From an uncultured Pelagibacteraceae bacterium (GTDB taxonomy: Bacteria > Pseudomonadota > Alphaproteobacteria > Pelagibacterales > Pelagibacteraceae), in NCBI GenBank assembly GCA_902597425.1, contig CACJXT010000002.1, positions 309 to 64,308 on the forward strand: DNA of 64,000 bases, given 5' to 3'. Of this stretch, positions 42,704 through 52,874 are shown piece after piece. Numbering within the stretch: the first letter of the stretch is position 1; each line of letters starts with the position of its first letter. Under the pieces are notes generated by a model. That model saw nothing but the letters and a program-made list of their open reading frames with translations, searched no databases and had not been told where the DNA came from. A program made the position numbers and the translations under genes.

Positions 42704-43572
42704 TAACTAAAAAATTTTCCAATAACAATTGAACAAAAAATTATTAAACCTACTTCATTATTACTATTAAATATTTTAAAACAATTTTTTTTCTCTTTAA
42801 TATTTAATTGAGAAATTTGTTTAAAAAATAAATGATAAACTAATAAAGTTAAGGACATAAAAAAAATAAAATTAAATTTAAGAGTAATTCCACATATTAT
42901 CACGCTTAAAAGAAATATTGAGTAACATATTATTAAAAATGTAAAAGGTATATTTTTAAATTTAATGGAAGTTGATTTAACGCCTATTATTTCATCATCT
43001 TTTATATCTTGAAATCCATAAATTGTGTCGTATCCAAGTGTCCAAAATATGGCTCCGAAATACATTATTATGGGTGTAATGCCAAATCCGTTATGAATTG
43101 ATGTCCATCCTAAAATTACACCATAATTAAATGTTACTCCTAAAAACAATTGAGGCCAATATGTAATTCTTTTCATTAAAGGATAGAGGAATGCAAATGG
43201 CATAGAACACAAAGCTAGTATTATTGTTAACTTGTTAAAATTAATTAGAATTAAAAAAGCACAAAGGGATAAAATAAGTACATATATCAAACCCAATACT
43301 ATTGAAATTTTACCAGAAGCAATTGGTCTATTTTTTGTTCTTTTAACTTTTTTATCAAAATTTTTATCACATATATCGTTCATTATGCATCCAGCAGATC
43401 TCATAAGTATTGAACCTGCTAAGAAAAAAAAGGCATATTGAAAATAAGTAAATAACTCCGTATCAAAGTTATATGCAATGGTTAATCCCCATAGACATGG
43501 CCAAAACAAAAGCATAAAGCCAATAGGTTTTTTCAGCCTTATTAGTTCAATAAATAAATTTAGATTTTTCAT
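42703..43572 (-). CDS. ubiA: 4-hydroxybenzoate polyprenyltransferase
   Basis: RSAGCIMNDICD-FD-KVKRT-NRP, YDTIYGFQD-DD-GVKS. Confidence 0.95.
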   Translation of the reverse strand: MKNLNLFIELIRLKKPIGFMLLFWPCLWGLTIAYNFDTELFTYFQYAFFFLAGSILMRSAGCIMNDICDKNFDKKVKRTKNRPIASGKISIVLGLIYVLILSLCAFLILINFNKLTIILALCSMPFAFLYPLMKRITYWPQLFLGVTFNYGVILGWTSIHNGFGITPIIMYFGAIFWTLGYDTIYGFQDIKDDEIIGVKSTSIKFKNIPFTFLIICYSIFLLSVIICGITLKFNFIFFMSLTLLVYHLFFKQISQLNIKEKKNCFKIFNSNNEVGLIIFCSIVIGKFFS

Positions 43573-43626
43573 TTAAAATTTACTTGTAAATAACAAAGGC
43601 TAGTTTCATAATCAAACTGATTCGTT

Positions 43627-44031
43627 ATGAATATAGATTATACAGTAACCGCTTTAATGTTTCCTGCCATACCACTTACAATGAGCATTTATAGTAATAG
43701 ATTTCATACGCTAAGCAGTTTGATTAGAAAACTTCACGATGAATTTGTTTTTGAGAAGCACATTCCACCAGAATGGGAAAAACAGTTAATTAATCTTAAT
43801 GGAAGAATAAATATACTTAAAACTACAATCATGTTTGCATCATTCGGTTTCTTATTTAATATGTTAACAGTTTTCGCTCTTTATTTGGATAGAATTTTTA
43901 TAGCAAGAGTAATTTTTGGATCTTGCTGTTTGTCAATGATAATTTCGATTATTTTTTTTATAAGAGAAATTCATCTCTCTACAATTTCTTTAAAGCTACA
44001 TATGTCCGATATGGATGTAAAATTAGATTAA
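43627..44031 (+). CDS. DUF2721-like membrane protein
   Basis: FPAIPL--YSNRF--L--LIR-LH, three TM helices, REI--S--SL. Confidence 0.75.
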   Translation: MNIDYTVTALMFPAIPLTMSIYSNRFHTLSSLIRKLHDEFVFEKHIPPEWEKQLINLNGRINILKTTIMFASFGFLFNMLTVFALYLDRIFIARVIFGSCCLSMIISIIFFIREIHLSTISLKLHMSDMDVKLD

Positions 44032-44999
44032 GGTATAATTATTGCCGGACCAATAATTTTTCTATTTTCCAAGTCAGTATGCGCCTGAACAACATCATCT
44101 AATTTATATTTTTTAAAGATATTTATTTTTATTTTTCCTGATCCAATTTTTTCGAATAAAATTTTTGCGGCTTCATTTATTTCCTCTCTTGTACTTAAAT
44201 ATTGTTGCATAGAAGGTCTTATAAAATACAAACCTTTTGGTTGTAATAATTTCGGAACATCTATTGGAGATAAAGCTCCTGAGGCATTACCAAATGAAAC
44301 CATCATTCCTCTTGTACATAAACATTCTAACGATCCTTCAAGAGTACTTTTACCTACGCCATCATAAACTACTGGAACACCCTTACCATTAGTGATTTCC
44401 AATACTTTCTTTGAAAAATTTTCTTTGTTATAATTTATTATATGATCATATCCATAACTTATTGCTTTTTGTATTTTTTCATCATTTCCAACAGTACCTA
44501 TGACAGTACATCCAAGGGTTTTTGCCCATTGCCCAAATATTTGACCTACGCCTCCTGCTGCAGCATGGAATAGTATAGTTTGTCCAGATTTAACTGGATA
44601 AGTTTTATGCAATAAATAAAAAACAGTTAATCCTTTTGTCATTAAAGTTGCCGCAACTTCTAAATCAATATTGTCTGGAACTTTTATAAGATTTTTTGTT
44701 GGATAGTTTCTGTGTGTTGAGTATGCTCCAAGTGGTGCACCAGCGTAAGAAACTTTGTCACCAATATTAAAATCTTTAATATTAGATCCTACTTCTTTAA
44801 TTATTCCTGCGCCTTCAGCACCTATACCTGTAGGTAATTTTAATGGGTAAAGACCTGATCTGTGGTAGTTATCAATATAATTTAATCCTATAGCCTTGTG
44901 TTCAATTGTAACTTCATCGTTTCCTGGTTTATCTAAAGTTATATCTTTTAACTCTAAAACTTCAGGCCCTCCATTTTTTGATATTTCTACTACTTTCAT
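44028..44999 (-). CDS. qor: NADPH:quinone oxidoreductase (zeta-crystallin family)
   Basis: GGPEVL, GLNYID, HAAAGGVG, VVYDGVG, FGNASG. Confidence 0.92.
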   Translation of the reverse strand: MKVVEISKNGGPEVLELKDITLDKPGNDEVTIEHKAIGLNYIDNYHRSGLYPLKLPTGIGAEGAGIIKEVGSNIKDFNIGDKVSYAGAPLGAYSTHRNYPTKNLIKVPDNIDLEVAATLMTKGLTVFYLLHKTYPVKSGQTILFHAAAGGVGQIFGQWAKTLGCTVIGTVGNDEKIQKAISYGYDHIINYNKENFSKKVLEITNGKGVPVVYDGVGKSTLEGSLECLCTRGMMVSFGNASGALSPIDVPKLLQPKGLYFIRPSMQQYLSTREEINEAAKILFEKIGSGKIKINIFKKYKLDDVVQAHTDLENRKIIGPAIIIP

Positions 45000-45835
45000 T
45001 TTACAAATGTACCATTATGATAATCTTGAACAGCTTGCAAGATCTCCGCTTTAGTATTCATAACAAAAGGTCCACCCCTAGCTATAGGTTCACCAATTGG
45101 TTTGCCAGAAATTAATAAAAATTTTGCTTTTGTTAAGGCAGATGCACGAATTTTTTCACCTTTTGTTAACAAAATTAAAGTTGAATTTTTAACTTTTTCA
45201 TGACTTTGTTCTCCTATTTTAATTTCACCATCAATTAAATAAATAAAAGAGTTGTGAGATGATGGTAATTCAAAGTTAAAATCTTTATCTTTTTCAAGAT
45301 CTATATCAAAATAAATCGGATCTACGTTATGACCCTTTACAGAACCTTTAGCATTTTTAAATTTTCCAGCAATAACTTTTACTTGCTTATCGTTATCTTT
45401 ATGGATCTGCATTTTATCTGAGTCTATGTAAATATAGTCAGGTTTACTCATTTTTAGTTTTGCTGGCATATTTACCCATAATTGAAATCCGTGAAGCCGA
45501 CCTTTAGACATAGCTGGCATTTCAGAATGAATAATTCCGCTACCAGTTTTCATCCACTGAACATCTCCTGAAGACATTTTACCTTTAGCACCTGTGCTAT
45601 CTTCATGTTCAAATTCACCACATAACATATAGGTGACTGTTTCAATTCCCCTATGAGGGTGAGGAGGAAAACCTCCTATATAATCATCTTTATTTTCTGA
45701 CCCAAATTCATCTAGCATTAAAAAAGGATCATGGTAGTCAATAAGATGTGTTCCAATGCTTCTTTTTAATTTAACACCAGCACCATCTGATGCTGCAACT
45801 GGCTCTATAATTTTACTTACTTCTATATTTTTCAT
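44996..45835 (-). CDS. Pirin family protein
   Basis: DPFLMLD, FPPHPHRGIETVTY, GIIHSE, FQLWVN, GPFVMNT. Confidence 0.95.
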   Translation of the reverse strand: MKNIEVSKIIEPVAASDGAGVKLKRSIGTHLIDYHDPFLMLDEFGSENKDDYIGGFPPHPHRGIETVTYMLCGEFEHEDSTGAKGKMSSGDVQWMKTGSGIIHSEMPAMSKGRLHGFQLWVNMPAKLKMSKPDYIYIDSDKMQIHKDNDKQVKVIAGKFKNAKGSVKGHNVDPIYFDIDLEKDKDFNFELPSSHNSFIYLIDGEIKIGEQSHEKVKNSTLILLTKGEKIRASALTKAKFLLISGKPIGEPIARGGPFVMNTKAEILQAVQDYHNGTFVK

Positions 45836-45865
45836 TTATTTGTTTAAAAGAAGATAATTACTTGA

Positions 45866-46528
45866 TTAAACAATATCAAGTAACTGTTTTAAGTTCTTTA
45901 CTTCGTATTTTGGTTTGTAGTCAAGGTTATCAAAAATATTATTATTTCTGTTTACCCAAATAGGATTATAACCATAATTTCCTCCACCAGATACATCCCA
46001 AGTATTTGCGCTTAAAAACACAACTTCTTCTTTTTGTATTTTGTATTTTTTAATTGGTATATCGTAAACTTTTGAATTTGGTTTATAAATTCCAACTTCT
46101 TCGATTGAAAAAATATCATCGAAAATATTATCTAAATTATTATTCTTAACTAATTCATTTAAAAGAGCAGGTGTTCCATTAGAAAGAATAGCAAGTTTAT
46201 AATCCTTTTTTTTTAGATTTTGCAAAACTTCTTTTATCTCTGGAAAAGTGGATAATATTTTATAAAGATCTAATAATTCATTTCTTATTGATGGATCTAT
46301 TTTAAAAGCTTTCATTGATTTATCTAAACTATCTTCTGTAACTTGCCAAAAATCTTTATGTTTTTTCATCAGACTTCTAAGCCAAGTGTATTCTAACTGA
46401 GTAGTCCTCCAATAGCTTGAAAAATCTTCCCACTTATCGCCAATTTTGTCTTTGCACTTTTCTGCTGATGAGTTGACATCAAATAAAGTGCCATAAGCAT
46501 CAAAAATTATTGCTTTAACATTTTTCAT
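45866..46528 (-). CDS. Haloacid dehalogenase type II
   Basis: FDAYGTLFD, WR-QLEY-W, LSNG, YKP, SAN-WD. Confidence 0.92.
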   Translation of the reverse strand: MKNVKAIIFDAYGTLFDVNSSAEKCKDKIGDKWEDFSSYWRTTQLEYTWLRSLMKKHKDFWQVTEDSLDKSMKAFKIDPSIRNELLDLYKILSTFPEIKEVLQNLKKKDYKLAILSNGTPALLNELVKNNNLDNIFDDIFSIEEVGIYKPNSKVYDIPIKKYKIQKEEVVFLSANTWDVSGGGNYGYNPIWVNRNNNIFDNLDYKPKYEVKNLKQLLDIV

Positions 46529-46545
46529 AAATTAACTTAGTAAAT

Positions 46546-47259
46546 ATGAGTAATATTAGATTATTTTTTTCAGAAAGTTTATCACTTAATTTAAAAGCTA
46601 AACTTGATAAATCACAATCTTATTATGTAAATAAGGTTATGCGGGTAAAAGTTAATGAAAGCTTTTCTTTATTTAATAAGAGTGGGGAATGGGAAGCAAA
46701 AATTAAAGAAATTTCAAATGGAATAGTAAAATTTAATATTACAAATCAAATAAGACAAAAAGAGAGCTCAAAAGAAATTTGGTTAGCATTTTCCCCAATT
46801 AAATCTAATTATTTTAATTTTATGTTACAAAAGGCAACCGAATTAGGTGTAACTAAATTTTTACCTATTATTACAGATCGTACTATTGTGAGAAAAATAA
46901 ACTATGAAAGAGTTAAGAAAATTATTATAGAAGCTGCAGAACAATCTAATCGTTTGGCTGTTCCTGAAATTGAAGAAACTCAAAATTTAAATTCTTTTTT
47001 AAAAAATAATAATAATAAAGTTAACATGATTTTTGGTGACATAAATACTAAAAATCAAAAGCTAGATTTTAAAATTAAAAAAGATATTAAACCAATTTGT
47101 GTAATAATTGGACCTGAAGGAGATTTTACAGAAAATGAAAGACAACAAATTATTAGTTTTAAAGATCTTCAATCACTAAAAATAAATAATAATATTTTAC
47201 GATCAGAAACAGCTGTAATTTCCGTACTTTCTATAATTAATTATTTTTTAAATTTATAA
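46546..47259 (+). CDS. rsmE: 16S rRNA m3U1498 methyltransferase
   Basis: QKATELG, EAAEQS-R, IGPEGDF, ILRSETA. Confidence 0.95.
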   Translation: MSNIRLFFSESLSLNLKAKLDKSQSYYVNKVMRVKVNESFSLFNKSGEWEAKIKEISNGIVKFNITNQIRQKESSKEIWLAFSPIKSNYFNFMLQKATELGVTKFLPIITDRTIVRKINYERVKKIIIEAAEQSNRLAVPEIEETQNLNSFLKNNNNKVNMIFGDINTKNQKLDFKIKKDIKPICVIIGPEGDFTENERQQIISFKDLQSLKINNNILRSETAVISVLSIINYFLNL

Positions 47260-47838
47260 ATATTTTTTAATTATTTTAATTGATCTTTTAAGATCATCTT
47301 TATGAGTGATACGATCAACATATTTTCCATTTTTAAGTAAGATAATGGGTGAGCTATGATTTACAGTGTATTCTCCATTTTCTGAAAATATTTTTTGACT
47401 AGCAATACCCCATGATTGTGAGAGCTTGAATATTTTTTCTGGTTTTCCAGTAATCCCTGTAAATTTTCCTTCAAAAGAATTTAAATAATCTTTCATTACT
47501 TCAGGCGTATCTCTTTCTGGGTCAATGCTAATAAAAAAGACTTTTAATGATTTATTTTCTTTTTTTAATCTTTCTAAAATAATACTTAATTTATTCAAAG
47601 TCATAGGACATACATCTGGACAATGAGTAAATCCAAAAAATAAAGCTGTAGCTGATCCTTGAAAAGATTTTTCTGTTATTAGATTGTTATTTACATCATT
47701 TAGTGAAAATTCTGACCCCTTTATTGATGCGGCATAATCTTCTTTTTTGTCTTGTACTGATAGTACAATAGGTAACATTATAAATAAAAAAATCCCAAAA
47801 CATCCAGCTAATATTATTATCGATGTCTTTAATTTCAT
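47254..47838 (-). CDS. SCO1/SenC copper chaperone
   Basis: N-terminal TM, FGFTHCPDVCP, DPERDT, conserved His in VNHS. Confidence 0.93.
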   Translation of the reverse strand: MKLKTSIIILAGCFGIFLFIMLPIVLSVQDKKEDYAASIKGSEFSLNDVNNNLITEKSFQGSATALFFGFTHCPDVCPMTLNKLSIILERLKKENKSLKVFFISIDPERDTPEVMKDYLNSFEGKFTGITGKPEKIFKLSQSWGIASQKIFSENGEYTVNHSSPIILLKNGKYVDRITHKDDLKRSIKIIKKYL

Positions 47839-47870
47839 AATTTAATGTTTATATTCTTATTATATAATTT

Positions 47871-48551
47871 ATGTCGAACTTTATTAAGAAACTTTTTGGC
47901 ACATTAGCAGAAAAACCTTGGGAAAAAGAACAAGCTGCTATTGACTCTTATCATTCCGGTAAGACTTTTAATTTATCATCACAAACTTCAGCTGTTATAG
48001 TTATTTTTGGCATGAGCACAGTGTTGTTTAGTTTAATTCTCACTGGTTATCTTTATACAATACCTCCAGAGCAAGATACAAAATTTTTATTTAAACCAAA
48101 TTTATTATGGATAAATACGATTGTTTTATTTTTTGTAACTTATTTTTTCATCAAAATTACAAAAGATTTAAAAAAAAATAACACAGCTCAGATTAAAAAA
48201 AATTTAATCCTAGTTGGTGGATTAAGTTATTTATTTTTATTTGGTCAAATCTTTTTTTGGTATCAATTAATGCAAGATGAAAAATTTATTTATACAAATA
48301 CCTATTTTTCTTCATTTTATATTTTTACTGCATTACATGGTTTACATCTTTTAGGAGGTTTATTTTTTTGGGGAAAAGTTTGCTCAAAAACTCTTAAATT
48401 GAAACAGAGTGAAATTATAAATCAAAAGAAAAGCATATCAGCATTATCTTTATATTGGACATTTTTATTAATTGTATGGTTATTTTTTTTCTTAACTGTT
48501 TATGTGTTCAATGATACGTTTATTGCTTGGTGTAAAACTTTACTTACATAA
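47871..48551 (+). CDS. Heme-copper oxidase subunit III-like (CoxO type)
   Basis: EKPW N-terminus, LWINT, FYIFTALHGLHLLGG, LYWTFL. Confidence 0.85.
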   Translation: MSNFIKKLFGTLAEKPWEKEQAAIDSYHSGKTFNLSSQTSAVIVIFGMSTVLFSLILTGYLYTIPPEQDTKFLFKPNLLWINTIVLFFVTYFFIKITKDLKKNNTAQIKKNLILVGGLSYLFLFGQIFFWYQLMQDEKFIYTNTYFSSFYIFTALHGLHLLGGLFFWGKVCSKTLKLKQSEIINQKKSISALSLYWTFLLIVWLFFFLTVYVFNDTFIAWCKTLLT

Positions 48552-48735
48552 AAAGAACTAAAATAGCTCCAACGACAGCAATTAAAATTAATAATATATT
48601 TACAGATTTTAAATATTTTTTAATTTCTGGTTTTTTCTCACCTTTCGAAAAGAATCCTGCTCCAAAAGATATAACAAAATAGAAAAGCAAGACCATAACT
48701 AGTATTGCTACTAAAATTCCAAATTTACCTAGCAT
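48544..48735 (-). CDS. Small two-TM membrane protein
   Basis: 63-aa ORF with two hydrophobic helices, filling the gap between the coxO- and coxM-like genes. Confidence 0.65.
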   Translation of the reverse strand: MLGKFGILVAILVMVLLFYFVISFGAGFFSKGEKKPEIKKYLKSVNILLILIAVVGAILVLFM

Positions 48736-48823
48736 ATTTACTTAAATATATATGCTTATTTAAGGTTTTTTTAAGACATTTTGTCTCTAGATTATATGCG
48801 TATTTCTTTTATAAGTTTTCTCT

Positions 48824-49672
48824 ATGCATGTTGGATTTATCTTTTTGGCAGTAATAGTTGGGTCGGTATTGTTCCATATTTTTACCCCATGGTATTGGAC
48901 AGATATAGCTTCAAATTGGGGATCGATGGACGATACTATTACTTTAACTTTTTGGGTTGGAGGAGGAGTTTTTGTAGCAGTTTGTCTTTTCATGGTCTAC
49001 TGCATATTTAAATTTTCATACAAAGAAGGACGTAAAGCAGAATACAAACCAGAAGACAAAAAACTAGAGAGAATACTTACATGGGCAACAACTTTGGGAG
49101 TTGCAGCACTTTTAGCCCCAGGACTTATAGTGTGGAACCAATATATTAATGTACCAAAAAATGCAATTGATATTGATGTTATGGCTTGGCAGTGGGGATG
49201 GCAATATAGATTACCTGGTGAAGATGGAAAATTAGGTAGTACGAAAGTAGAAAATATAAATGACAACAATCCATTTGGAATTATTCTAGAAGATATAAAT
49301 GGTAAGGACGATGTTTTAATACAAAGTGATGTGTTACATTTAAAAAATAATAGACCTGTAAAAATTTTATTAAGATCAGTTGACGTGCTTCACAACTGGT
49401 ACGTACCTCAATTTAGAGCAAAGATGGATGCAGTTCCAGGTACTATAACTTATTATTGGTTTGAACCGAATAAGGTTGGTGAGTATGAAGTTTTGTGTGC
49501 TGAATATTGTGGAGTTGGGCATTATGGCATGAGAGGAAGAGTTTTTGTAAAAAGTGAACAAGATTATGAAAAATGGTACCAAGAACAGGAAACTTTTTCA
49601 GATTTAGTTGCGAAACAAGAAGAAATAGAATTTAGTGGAACAAAATTGGTAAAAAATAATTTAAATGATTAA
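48824..49672 (+). CDS. coxM: Cytochrome c oxidase subunit II (CoxM type)
   Basis: FH-PW-IASNW N-terminus; CuA ligands DVLH...CAEYCGVGHYGM. Confidence 0.9.
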   Translation: MHVGFIFLAVIVGSVLFHIFTPWYWTDIASNWGSMDDTITLTFWVGGGVFVAVCLFMVYCIFKFSYKEGRKAEYKPEDKKLERILTWATTLGVAALLAPGLIVWNQYINVPKNAIDIDVMAWQWGWQYRLPGEDGKLGSTKVENINDNNPFGIILEDINGKDDVLIQSDVLHLKNNRPVKILLRSVDVLHNWYVPQFRAKMDAVPGTITYYWFEPNKVGEYEVLCAEYCGVGHYGMRGRVFVKSEQDYEKWYQEQETFSDLVAKQEEIEFSGTKLVKNNLND

Positions 49673-49697
49673 AAAAAATATATAAAATAGAGGAATT

Positions 49698-51539
49698 ATG
49701 TCAGAAGATTTTAACGATAATAAAACAATCCAAGCACAATCTTCAGAAACTATTTCTGGTGAAGGTGTAAGAGGAGTTGCACCCGATAAAGATTATGTAA
49801 GACCTGCAGAAGTAGCTGATCAGGATTTATATCATGGACATAGTTTTATTACTAAATGGATTTTTTGCCAGGATGCTAAAGTTATCGGGGTACAATATTT
49901 TCTTTTAGCGACATTTACAGGTATAATTGGTCTTATTCTTTCTTGGTTAATGCGATTACAATTAGGTTTTCCAGGAGCAGCTGGTTTTATGACAGCAGAA
50001 CATTATTATCAGTTCGTTACTATGCATGGAATGATAATGGTAGTTTACTTTTTAACAGCACTCTTTCTCGGTGGATTTGGTAATTATTTAATTCCATTAA
50101 TGGTAGGAGCAAGAGATATGGTTTTCCCATATGTTAATATGGTAAGTTTTTGGATGTTTTTTGTTGCAGTTGGAGTTTTATTGGCGAGCTTTTTTGTACC
50201 AGGTGGACCAACAGGATCAGGTTGGACACTTTATCCTCCCCAGGCAATTTTAGAAGGAACTCCAGGATCAGGTATGGGAATAATTTTAATGTGCGTATCT
50301 TTAATTTTATTCGTAGCTGGATTTACTATGGGTGGATTAAATTACTTAATCACAGTTTTACAAGCTCGTACTAGAGGAATGACATTAATGAGGATGCCTT
50401 TAACAGTCTGGGGTATTTTTACAGCAACTGTTTTAGCAATGTTAGCTTTTCCAGCGCTATTAGTAAGTGCACTAATGATGACTTTAGATAAAGTACTTGC
50501 AACAAGTTTTTTTATGCCAACAATTTTAAAAGCCGGTGAAGTTCTGGAGTATGGTGGAGGAACTCCTATTCTTTTTCAACATTTGTTTTGGTTTTTCGGC
50601 CACCCAGAAGTTTATATTGTTGCTTTACCTGCTTTTGGAATAGTTTCAGATTTAATCTCTGTTCATTCCAGAAAAAATATTTTTGGATATAGAATGATGG
50701 TTTGGGCAATCGTTATTATAGGAGCTCTAAGCTTTTTTGTTTGGGCACATCATATGTATGTTAGTGGAATGCACCCTTGGTTTGGATTTTTCTTCGCAAC
50801 TACAACACTTATTATAGCCGTTCCTACAGCAATGAAAGTCTACAATTGGATTTTAACTCTTTGGAAAGGAAATATTAGGTTGAATACTGTAATGTTATGG
50901 TGTCTTGGTTTTATAGTCACTTTTGTAAATGGAGGTATCACTGGTATTTTCTTAGGAAATGTTACTGTTGATGTTCCATTATCTGATACATATTTTGTTG
51001 TTGCTCACTTTCATATGGTAATGGGTATTGCACCACTAATGGTGATTATGGGAGCTGTCTACCATTGGTTTCCATTAGTTGCTGGAAGAATGTTAAGTGA
51101 AAAGTTAGGAAAGTTGCATTTTTGGATAACTTTTTTAGGAGCATATTCAATATATTTTCCTATGCACTATTTAGGCTTCATTGGAGTACCTAGAAGATAT
51201 TTTGAAATGTATAACAGCCCATACATAACTTCAGCGGTTGGAGTGAATGAGTTTATAAGTATGGCAGCTTTCTTAGTTGGTGCTGCACAATTTATTTTAA
51301 TTTACAATATAATTGTAAGCTTAAGAATGGGAAAACCAGCGGGAAAAAATCCTTGGCAAGCAAATTCACTAGAGTGGCTTACACCTACGGTTCCTCCTGA
51401 ACATGGTAACTGGGGTGATAAACTTCCAGTAATTCATAGATGGCCTTATGATTATAGTGTTCCTGGAGCAAAAGATGATTTTATACCCCAAACAACACCA
51501 CCAAGCGAAGTTGCTGGAACTGAGGTAGAAAAAACATAA
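49698..51539 (+). CDS. coxN: Cytochrome c oxidase subunit I (CoxN type, A1 family)
   Basis: DAKVIG, TMHG, GWTLYPP, FGHPEVY, WAHHM, PTAMK, SDTYFVVAHFH, PRRY. Confidence 0.93.
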   Translation: MSEDFNDNKTIQAQSSETISGEGVRGVAPDKDYVRPAEVADQDLYHGHSFITKWIFCQDAKVIGVQYFLLATFTGIIGLILSWLMRLQLGFPGAAGFMTAEHYYQFVTMHGMIMVVYFLTALFLGGFGNYLIPLMVGARDMVFPYVNMVSFWMFFVAVGVLLASFFVPGGPTGSGWTLYPPQAILEGTPGSGMGIILMCVSLILFVAGFTMGGLNYLITVLQARTRGMTLMRMPLTVWGIFTATVLAMLAFPALLVSALMMTLDKVLATSFFMPTILKAGEVLEYGGGTPILFQHLFWFFGHPEVYIVALPAFGIVSDLISVHSRKNIFGYRMMVWAIVIIGALSFFVWAHHMYVSGMHPWFGFFFATTTLIIAVPTAMKVYNWILTLWKGNIRLNTVMLWCLGFIVTFVNGGITGIFLGNVTVDVPLSDTYFVVAHFHMVMGIAPLMVIMGAVYHWFPLVAGRMLSEKLGKLHFWITFLGAYSIYFPMHYLGFIGVPRRYFEMYNSPYITSAVGVNEFISMAAFLVGAAQFILIYNIIVSLRMGKPAGKNPWQANSLEWLTPTVPPEHGNWGDKLPVIHRWPYDYSVPGAKDDFIPQTTPPSEVAGTEVEKT

Positions 51540-51550
51540 AGAAATAATAT

Positions 51551-52261
51551 ATGTCTGAACCAAAAATAGAAGGCTACAAATTTAAACCTGGATATAGTGG
51601 AATGGCAGCAGATACTGCTTCTGATCAAACTATGTTTAAAGGTGTTCATTGGGGCAAAGCAATGATGTGGATCTTTTTATTAAGTGATACATTTATATTT
51701 AGTTGTTTTCTAATTTCATACATGAAAGGCAGAGGATCAACACCAGAAGAATGGCCAAATCCAAGCGAAGTATTTGCTCTTAACGCATTTGGAGTGCCAG
51801 TTCCTTTATTATTGATTGCGATAATGACGTTTGTTTTGATTACAAGCAGTGGAACAATGGCTCTTGCAGTGAAATATGGCTATGAAAGAAATAGAAAGAT
51901 GTGTGGTTGGCTAATATTAGCTACAGCTTTAGGTGGACTTACGTTCGTTGGAATGCAAGCATTTGAATGGTCAAAACTAATTCATGAAGGGGTGAGACCT
52001 TGGGAAAATCCTTTTGGTGCACCACAGTTTGGATCATTTTTCTTTATGATAACTGGATTTCATGGCACTCATGTATCGATCGGTGTAATTTTCTTATTTA
52101 TTTATGCCTATAAAACTTTTGCAGGACATTATGATGAAGGAAAAAGAGGCTGGTTTACATCAATGAAGGGCGACTATGTAGAAATTGAAATTCTTGGTTT
52201 GTATTGGCACTTTGTAGATTTGGTATGGGTATTTATTTTTGCATTTTTTTATTTGTGGTAA
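51551..52261 (+). CDS. coxP: Heme-copper oxidase subunit III-like (CoxP type)
   Basis: WGKAMMWIFLLSD-FIF, FFMITGFHG-HV, GLYWHFVDLVW. Confidence 0.9.
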   Translation: MSEPKIEGYKFKPGYSGMAADTASDQTMFKGVHWGKAMMWIFLLSDTFIFSCFLISYMKGRGSTPEEWPNPSEVFALNAFGVPVPLLLIAIMTFVLITSSGTMALAVKYGYERNRKMCGWLILATALGGLTFVGMQAFEWSKLIHEGVRPWENPFGAPQFGSFFFMITGFHGTHVSIGVIFLFIYAYKTFAGHYDEGKRGWFTSMKGDYVEIEILGLYWHFVDLVWVFIFAFFYLW

Positions 52262-52269
52262 ATTAAATT

Positions 52270-52605
52270 ATGAGTGAGATTAAAAAAGAACAAACAACAA
52301 CACATAAGATAGGAATATATCTTTGGATATGGGGACTACTATTTGTTTTAAGTTTCTTTTCATACATGGTGGACTGGTATCAATTCCAAGGATTGCTTAG
52401 ATGGTCTTTAATATTATTATTCATGTTTTTAAAAGCAGGATTAATAATGGCATTCTTCATGCATTTGTTTTGGGAAAGGTATGCACTAGTCAATGTCCTT
52501 TTGTGGCCAATGACTGCAATCGCATGCTTTGTCGGGCTTATGGTTGCAGAAGGTAAATATACACTTTTTTCAAGACTTTTTTATTTTTTTGTAGGAGGTC
52601 AGTAG
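52270..52605 (+). CDS. Prokaryotic cytochrome c oxidase subunit IV (CoxQ-like)
   Basis: YL-IWGLLF-LS--SY, KA-LI-A-FMHL-WE. Confidence 0.85.
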   Translation: MSEIKKEQTTTHKIGIYLWIWGLLFVLSFFSYMVDWYQFQGLLRWSLILLFMFLKAGLIMAFFMHLFWERYALVNVLLWPMTAIACFVGLMVAEGKYTLFSRLFYFFVGGQ

Positions 52606-52608
52606 AAG

Positions 52609-52872
52609 ATGGATGGTTACACTGTACTAGCTGGAGGTTTAATATTCTTTGCCCTATTTATTTACTTAACATGGTTTGGAACTTCCATAAAAATGGAAAA
52701 GCAAAAAGAAGAAGGCGATAGTATAAAGATTAATCCATATGATAATTTGCCTCTTTCTAGAAAATTAATTGATAAAAAAAATAAACAAGTAGGTTTTTTC
52801 GATTTAGGCAATCACATTCTTATTGTTGGACTGGTATTGTTAGTTATATTCATCTCAATAAATGTAGAATAA
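52609..52872 (+). CDS. Small two-TM membrane protein in the cox operon
   Basis: 87-aa ORF, terminal TM helices, GGAGG SD upstream. Confidence 0.7.
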   Translation: MDGYTVLAGGLIFFALFIYLTWFGTSIKMEKQKEEGDSIKINPYDNLPLSRKLIDKKNKQVGFFDLGNHILIVGLVLLVIFISINVE

Positions 52873-52874
52873 TT

